This document shows, piece by piece, positions 29,808 through 34,715 of a stretch of 34,715 bases of DNA. A model generated the notes under the pieces. That model did not search any database, was not told the DNA's origin, and saw nothing but the letters and a program-made list of their open reading frames with translations. The position numbers were made by a program, and so were the translations under genes. Within the stretch, counting starts at the first letter, position 1. Each line of letters opens with the position of its first letter. This DNA is from a virus, in IMG/VR virus record IMGVR_UViG_3300021952_000003; one strand, 5' to 3'.

Positions 29808-32381
29808 TTATGGAGCAATGATTATTTTGTTGCTAACAGACAATGCCCCGGTTGAGGGATTGAATGAGAGTTTAGTTGAGGAAGTTTTAAGCGGCAAATT
29901 GCCAGTAGTTGACGTTACCCAAGTCGGGTAAACCGTTGCATTTGTCGTTGTGTCGTCAGTAATCGCAGTGTTTGTTGCGTTGGTCGCATTGGTCACCGCA
30001 GTCGAACCAATCACAGACACTACCTGGGCGGCAGTTGCGGCAGTAAACGCAGACGTTCCATTGCCGTAAGCCAATCCGGTCAGAGTCGTTACACCCGTCC
30101 CGCCGTTCCCTGCCGCAACCGTTCCGGTCACGTTCAGGGCAGTCCCGCCAATCGAGAGGCCAGAAGCAGTCCCGGTCAGGCCAGTACCCGCCCCGGAGAA
30201 CGATGTAGCGGTCAAAACGCCCGTAGAAGGCACAAATTGCAGTTTGGTAGAACTAACGTATTCAGTCGTCAGATTTCCTGCCGTAACAGCCGCAAACAGC
30301 GGATACCGGGTGGCGTTTGTGGTCGTGTCGTCCGTCACCGTGGCGTAAGCCGTGGGCGTTGTCCAGGTCGGGGCGCTTGATCCGTTAGAGGTTAAGACCT
30401 GTCCTGAAGTGCCAGCAGAGACAAAAGATGTAGCACCAGCACCAGACTGATAGGGAACATAACCAGCGCCGCCACCAGCAAGATTGGTTGCAGTTCCAAC
30501 CGAAACCGTACTGGAGGCAACGTTTTTCCAGTATTGAAGGGCTGAATCGTATTGGAGAAGCGACCCGTCTGACGGTGTTCCTGTGATCTGGACGTTTTGG
30601 TCTGTGCCGCCAAGCTGCGAACCCGGAAACAGGGAGACATACATCGACCCCGATCCTCCAGACCCGTTGTTGATGACAATCCCAACCTCGGCCTTCAAGT
30701 TTGGCGCAGAGGGCTTAGTTGCGGTTAGCGCACCACCACCCGCCGGGTCGTACCAAAGCGTGTCGTTGTTGTTGTAGGCAGAAAGATTAAATCCGCGAAC
30801 AACACCCTGAACCACAACTCGCCCAAAACTACCGGAGGCAATCGGCTCACAGGCAATCCCAACAATGGCATTCCCGTCCGTCAGACCTGCCGTTGATGGG
30901 CCAAACTGGATCACGCCAGACGCACCAACCACGCCGGTTTTAATGATGACTTGACCAATAGAGATGGCAGATGATGCCTTGCCGTAGGTATAGACAACCT
31001 CACCCACGGGCATGACAAGACTAGCGCCGCCATCTAACCCCACATTTAGCGTGCCGGTGGAACTCCAATACAGCTTTCCGTAGGCGTAAGTCGCACCCGC
31101 AGAAACGTTCAGTTGCAGGTAATCAGCGCCTAAATTGGTCAGCCCGGTTGCCGTTCCACCCGTAATCGCCACGCTACTAGCGTTCTGGGTAGACATGGTT
31201 CCCAACCCGGTAATTGCGGTGTTAGGGATGGTCGTAGAGGCCGTTACAGCGTTTGTATCGTTGCCATACAGGTATCCGGTCAAACCAGTGGTTTTGAGCG
31301 TTCCTACAGCGATTGAACCGCCAGTAATGGCTACGTTGTTGGCGTCCTGCGTGGACATCGTGCCCAAGCCGGTTATGTCCGTGTTCGGGATCGTGGCGAC
31401 AGTCGAAAACGCCGTGGTTCCGTTGGCCTTCAGATAACCAGCCGTGAATGTCGTTGCCCCTGTACCGCCATAGCCAACGCCAATCGTGCTGGCGTTCCAA
31501 GTCCCTGCGGTTAGCGTCCCAACACCAGTAATTCCGGTGTAAGAACCCGAAATCCGGGCAGTATCAATCGTCCCAGACGTAATCTGGTTCGCCGCAATCG
31601 CAATCGAGGTGTTGGTTACAGAGGTCAGTTGACCCTGTGCATTGACCGCAAACACCGGAACAGATGATCCAGAACCATAGGTTGCAGCGGTTACACCCGT
31701 ATTTGTGATGCTGAACTGGTTTGCAAATAGCGTCAGTCCCGTTCCCGCCGTGTAGGTTGCAGAGCCAGAGAACTGCACCCAAGGCATTGCCGTGACGTTA
31801 ATCGTTCCCGCATCCGTTGCCGTACAAACCCATCCGGTGTCAGCCTGTCCACCGTTCAAAATGACCGTGTAAGCGCCCGGAACTTCAGACCAGACATCCA
31901 TGTCGGCTGTGCGAGTCCAAGGGCCGCTAGAGGCAGAATAAATACCGTTCTCAGACGATGTTCCCTGGTTCTTGACCAGCACCCGATCACCAGAAAGCGT
32001 AGTGTAGGTATCAATTGTCTGAAGGCCAGACAGCGTGATATTGCCGGTTGTGGCTACTTTACACGCCTGTTTTGGCCCTAAACCCTGCGCTACCGTGTCA
32101 ACATAGAACTTATTGGCTATGTCAGAGGCAGATGCAGGAGTCGTTGAAATCGTGCCAGTTGTCGTGGCGATATTGGTAAAAACCCCAGTAGATGGGGTCG
32201 TTGCGCCGATTGTCGTGCTGTTAATCGTGCTATTTGTGATGTTTAACCCAGATTGGCTTGGGTTAACAGTCGCATAGAACGGCTGACCCTGCCCAATAAA
32301 TGTCTGAAAAGTCCCATCTACAGCGAAATACGCCTGAACAGGAAGCAGATTCTGGTCACTTGATTGCGCGGGGTCAGCCAT
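29808..32381 (-). CDS. Long tail fiber (857 aa)
   Basis: It is T/G/S/A-rich. The conserved fiber segment is DIANKFYVDTVAQGL..KQACKVATTGNITLSGLQTID...DRVLVKNQ...NGIY. An internal near-duplicate, TIPNT(D/A)ITGLGTMSTQ(D/N)A(N/S)(N/S)VAITGG, occurs twice (about 31200-31440). Confidence 0.85.
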   Translation of the reverse strand: MADPAQSSDQNLLPVQAYFAVDGTFQTFIGQGQPFYATVNPSQSGLNITNSTINSTTIGATTPSTGVFTNIATTTGTISTTPASASDIANKFYVDTVAQGLGPKQACKVATTGNITLSGLQTIDTYTTLSGDRVLVKNQGTSSENGIYSASSGPWTRTADMDVWSEVPGAYTVILNGGQADTGWVCTATDAGTINVTAMPWVQFSGSATYTAGTGLTLFANQFSITNTGVTAATYGSGSSVPVFAVNAQGQLTSVTNTSIAIAANQITSGTIDTARISGSYTGITGVGTLTAGTWNASTIGVGYGGTGATTFTAGYLKANGTTAFSTVATIPNTDITGLGTMSTQDANNVAITGGSIAVGTLKTTGLTGYLYGNDTNAVTASTTIPNTAITGLGTMSTQNASSVAITGGTATGLTNLGADYLQLNVSAGATYAYGKLYWSSTGTLNVGLDGGASLVMPVGEVVYTYGKASSAISIGQVIIKTGVVGASGVIQFGPSTAGLTDGNAIVGIACEPIASGSFGRVVVQGVVRGFNLSAYNNNDTLWYDPAGGGALTATKPSAPNLKAEVGIVINNGSGGSGSMYVSLFPGSQLGGTDQNVQITGTPSDGSLLQYDSALQYWKNVASSTVSVGTATNLAGGGAGYVPYQSGAGATSFVSAGTSGQVLTSNGSSAPTWTTPTAYATVTDDTTTNATRYPLFAAVTAGNLTTEYVSSTKLQFVPSTGVLTATSFSGAGTGLTGTASGLSIGGTALNVTGTVAAGNGGTGVTTLTGLAYGNGTSAFTAATAAQVVSVIGSTAVTNATNATNTAITDDTTTNATVYPTWVTSTTGNLPLKTSSTKLSFNPSTGALSVSNKIIIAP

Positions 32382-32385
32382 ACTC

Positions 32386-32736
32386 TTACGATTGATCTGC
32401 TGCGGGAGTTACATACAGGGTAGTAGTGTCACTACCGCCACAAATCGCCGACAAATAATAAGGCGTTGTCGGGGTCGCAAGGATCAACGGCATAACCATG
32501 TTCCCAGGGAGAACAAAGTCACCGTTTGTGCCATCCGTAGGAAACACCGGGGTTCCGACATTGCTGTCAGTTGTACCCCAACGAATCGCACACGGCTTGG
32601 TTCCAGCATTCAAAAAACTGGTGTAGTTCACCTGATCGTTGGTGCTGTCGTTAATCACAACGTTGGCGTGAGCCGAGGCCGTGACCGCAAGGGCTACTGT
32701 AACCCCTGCATTACGCTGGACTGTAGACGATGCCAT
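32386..32736 (-). CDS. Small beta-rich virion-module protein (116 aa)
   Basis: I used the ATG at 32736, which is 1 nt after the upstream stop. The longer track ORF needs a TTG start inside the neighbouring gene. Confidence 0.55.
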   Translation of the reverse strand: MASSTVQRNAGVTVALAVTASAHANVVINDSTNDQVNYTSFLNAGTKPCAIRWGTTDSNVGTPVFPTDGTNGDFVLPGNMVMPLILATPTTPYYLSAICGGSDTTTLYVTPAADQS

Positions 32737-32737
32737 T

Positions 32738-33064
32738 TTAGACAGCGTTGGAGGCCAACGGCAACGATTCTGCGCGGTCAACCACAACGGTGTAAGTACC
32801 AGCGGCAGCGGAGGCCGAGGAACCCGTAGCGTTGATGAATTGGATCGTCAGAGTGTCAGCGGCAGAAACGTAAGCATTGGCAATGCCAACACCCGTGGTT
32901 TGAGCAGCAGGTAAAGTTACATGAACGGCATCGCCAACTTGCAGACCGGGGACGGTCACGTTCTTGGATGCGCCAGAGGTGGCAACAGTCGTTGCGGTGA
33001 CAGAAACACCCATAACAAACGAATTAAGGATGTTTCCACGCAAAACGGTGGTTTGCAGAGCCAT
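32738..33064 (-). CDS. Small beta-rich (Ig-like?) virion-module protein (108 aa)
   Basis: AAGGAG lies 6 nt upstream. It has a T/V/A/G-rich beta-strand composition. Confidence 0.6.
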   Translation of the reverse strand: MALQTTVLRGNILNSFVMGVSVTATTVATSGASKNVTVPGLQVGDAVHVTLPAAQTTGVGIANAYVSAADTLTIQFINATGSSASAAAGTYTVVVDRAESLPLASNAV

Positions 33065-33096
33065 GATTTCTCCTTAGAGATGAATTGATTTTAACC

Positions 33097-33137
33097 AGAA
33101 AAAGAGAAAAAGCCACCCCTTTTTGAGAGGCGGCTTT
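33097..33137 (-). terminator. Intrinsic terminator after the coat + 100-aa gene pair
   Basis: The minus strand reads AAAAGCCGCCTC-TCAAAAA-GGGGTGGCTTTT, a 12-bp stem with 2 G:U pairs, then TCTCTTTTT. It begins 20 nt after the stop at 33157. Confidence 0.6.
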
Positions 33138-33156
33138 TCTGCTTCATCGCGGCTGA

Positions 33157-33459
33157 TTAAGCAGCGATAAGACCCAAAGCCTTCAACGCTTTGACAATAT
33201 CGCCAACCGTGTAAGCGGTCGAACCAGAGCCGCCAGTAAACGTGGTGTTCACATAGACAGCCGTGGTGGAACCAGCAGCAGAGGTGGTAACGTTACCAGT
33301 AGCGGTAGGTTGGGTCGAACCCGTAGCACCAAAGAAGGAAACCAAACCGCCGTTGGGGGCGATTGCGGTTCCGTCAGTGCTGTCACCATCAATCAGATAG
33401 TGCGGGCTGGTGGTAACGGCAGGGCCGTTGTTGGTGTAGGTAGTAGGAGACAAAGCCAT
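33157..33459 (-). CDS. Small capsid-associated protein candidate (100 aa)
   Basis: It lies directly after the coat gene and before a terminator. The segments LVSFFGATGSTQPTA... and C-terminal VGDIVKALKALGLIAA resemble small ORFs often found just downstream of major capsid genes. Confidence 0.6.
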   Translation of the reverse strand: MALSPTTYTNNGPAVTTSPHYLIDGDSTDGTAIAPNGGLVSFFGATGSTQPTATGNVTTSAAGSTTAVYVNTTFTGGSGSTAYTVGDIVKALKALGLIAA

Positions 33460-33476
33460 GATCTATTCCCTTTCAA

Positions 33477-34715
33477 TTAAGCTGCAACACGGCAAGCGAG
33501 TTCGGGGTACAACGGAGCCCAACCATACAACACGTCCAGACGGGTCGGGATCGAGTCGTTGTTGATCGTGTACTGGCGAACCACACGCATTGACAGGCCG
33601 ATTTCCTTGTCGGAAGCGCGACCGGCGAAATGCACACCCTCGGGCAGTTCCAGATCAGCCACTGCCAGCGTAAACGCATTGCGGTGCATGATGATGTTCT
33701 GCGGAGAAACCGTACCCGTCTTGTTAAAGAAGTTAACGGTAGCCGTAGCAGATGTGCTCGGAATCGTCACGTTCTGGAATTGACCAGCGGTGATGACTGC
33801 GGGGCTGACGGTCACGTTGAAGGTTGCGCCAGTGCCAGAGGCAGCGGCTTTCACCACAAAGTTACGCAGCTTGTTCGAGCCGTAGGCTTGACGGTTCTGG
33901 GGGTTAACAGCGTATACGCCATCAATCGTAATCACATCGCCGGCGTTCAGGGAAACTGCGCCGGTAGAGGTGATGCTGATTGTGGAGGACGATGCCCAAC
34001 CAGAGGTAAGGAAGCCCGTGGCAGCGGTCGTGGAGCACACAGCCGTACCAGCAAACGAACCGAACGTCTGGGAAACCACGTTCTGATCCATCTTCCAGTT
34101 CATGCCAGCAGAGTCACGACCCATCAGACCTTTGCGGTACTGCTCGCCAATGGCTTCCTGGGGAACGAACAGACCTTTCAGGCTGTCAACAATGGTTGCG
34201 CTCGTGAACGGTTCAACGATACACGAACGGCGACCATCGCGGGGTGCGCCTTCAGCGTCCAGATACGCACCTGCGGTCAGGTAGGTAATCAGGCCGGTGG
34301 GGGGCGTGCCAGCAGTACCAACGATGTTGGCGGTCTGCAGGGTAGCCATCGACAGACCGTCACGGTCAATCTTGTTGGCGATTGCAGCGACAGCAGGCTT
34401 CAGCACGCGATCCGAGAACATATCCAGAGACAGAGCCAGGTCTTGAGTCGTGAACTGGGTGTCAACGTGGAATTGAGTGCTCAGGGTCACGGGCACGCTC
34501 GTCTCGTTGAAATCTTCAACGTTCAGGGCGGGGCCAGTCGTACCGATGAAACGACCCGGGCGGCGTACGTTGACCGTGTTACCGATCTTCGCACCGACCA
34601 CCGCGAATTGGTCGTCATAGTTGCGGTCTACTTCACTGGTGAAGGTCAACTCGTTTTCCAAGACCATCAACGCTTCGTTGGTGATCTTGCTAATAGTTAG
34701 CAAGGTATTTGACAT
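33477..34715 (-). CDS. Major capsid (coat) protein, P22 gp5-like family (412 aa)
   Basis: Its size, its position after scaffold (across the junction) and family-typical segments support the call: GNTVNVRRPGRF near the N-terminus and RLDVLYGWAPLYPELACRV at the C-terminus. AAGGAA lies upstream of the ATG, seen at 128-150 after circularisation. Confidence 0.85.
   Translation of the reverse strand: MSNTLLTISKITNEALMVLENELTFTSEVDRNYDDQFAVVGAKIGNTVNVRRPGRFIGTTGPALNVEDFNETSVPVTLSTQFHVDTQFTTQDLALSLDMFSDRVLKPAVAAIANKIDRDGLSMATLQTANIVGTAGTPPTGLITYLTAGAYLDAEGAPRDGRRSCIVEPFTSATIVDSLKGLFVPQEAIGEQYRKGLMGRDSAGMNWKMDQNVVSQTFGSFAGTAVCSTTAATGFLTSGWASSSTISITSTGAVSLNAGDVITIDGVYAVNPQNRQAYGSNKLRNFVVKAAASGTGATFNVTVSPAVITAGQFQNVTIPSTSATATVNFFNKTGTVSPQNIIMHRNAFTLAVADLELPEGVHFAGRASDKEIGLSMRVVRQYTINNDSIPTRLDVLYGWAPLYPELACRVAA
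34589..34715. repeat. Terminal overlap: exact copy of 1-127
   Basis: See feature 1-127. Confidence 0.95.

Noticed and set aside
31190-31440. A ~150-bp tandem duplication, checked as a possible CRISPR-like or non-coding repeat
   Set aside because: It lies in frame inside the 857-aa fiber gene. It encodes the duplicated peptide TIPNT(D/A)ITGLGTMSTQ.., so it is an ordinary fiber-repeat duplication.
33630-34700. A 356-aa plus-strand ORF covering almost the whole coat gene
   Set aside because: It is antisense to a gene with clear coat-family features. Its R/G/H/C-rich composition is typical of the reverse frame of a G+C-biased coding region. It has no RBS, and it is the only plus-strand ORF in a 20-kb minus-strand block.
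34589-34715. The terminal repeat as a biological direct terminal repeat (T7-like DTR)
   Set aside because: Its length of exactly 127 is a common assembler k-mer. The repeat begins inside the coat ORF, and the terminase is of the headful (PBSX/P22) type. Assembly closure is the simpler explanation.

Overview
This window is a complete, circularly closed genome of a tailed dsDNA phage with P22-type morphogenesis genes, probably a podovirus. Bases 1-127 exactly copy bases 34589-34715, so the unique length is 34,588 bp. The coat gene starts at 34715 on the minus strand. Across the contig junction it is preceded by the scaffold gene at 152-1048.

Layout:
- A divergent control region lies at about 10.96-11.10 kb.
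- A short rightward operon (11104-14867) holds a P22-Cro-like regulator, a 440-bp structured non-coding gap, and nin-like small genes including RusA and a YbcO/DUF1364-like protein. It also holds a stand-alone homologue of the RNA polymerase alpha C-terminal domain.
- One leftward gene train of about 30.7 kb runs 10963 -> 1 and continues 34715 -> 14822.
  - Its early genes are Erf, a YqaJ-type exonuclease, a wHTH protein, a GroES-like co-chaperonin and a ParB-domain DNA methyltransferase.
  - It then runs directly into terS-terL-portal-scaffold-coat and small beta-rich virion proteins.
  - The tail genes follow: two long fibers, a gp4-like adaptor, a free-standing GIY-YIG homing endonuclease, a gp10-like hub, a knob protein, three large ejection-type proteins and a tail-collar fiber.
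  - It ends with the lysis cassette: three small single-pass membrane proteins, a 3-TM holin, an M15 endolysin and a 74-aa ORF.

I saw no integrase, CI-type repressor, tRNA, rRNA, CRISPR array, reverse transcriptase or recognisable replication enzyme.

Most worth a second look:
- the AT-rich alpha-CTD mimic (13069-13461)
- the promoter / small ORF / terminator logic on both sides of the control region, including the structured 440-bp gap after cro
- the GroES-like gene
- one ~65-aa domain shared by the adaptor (one copy) and the hub (two copies)
- an AT-rich two-gene insert inside the recombination module
- a possible +1 frameshift at about 12230

All similarity statements are by-eye comparisons with reference sequences recalled from memory. 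No searches or folding programs were run.
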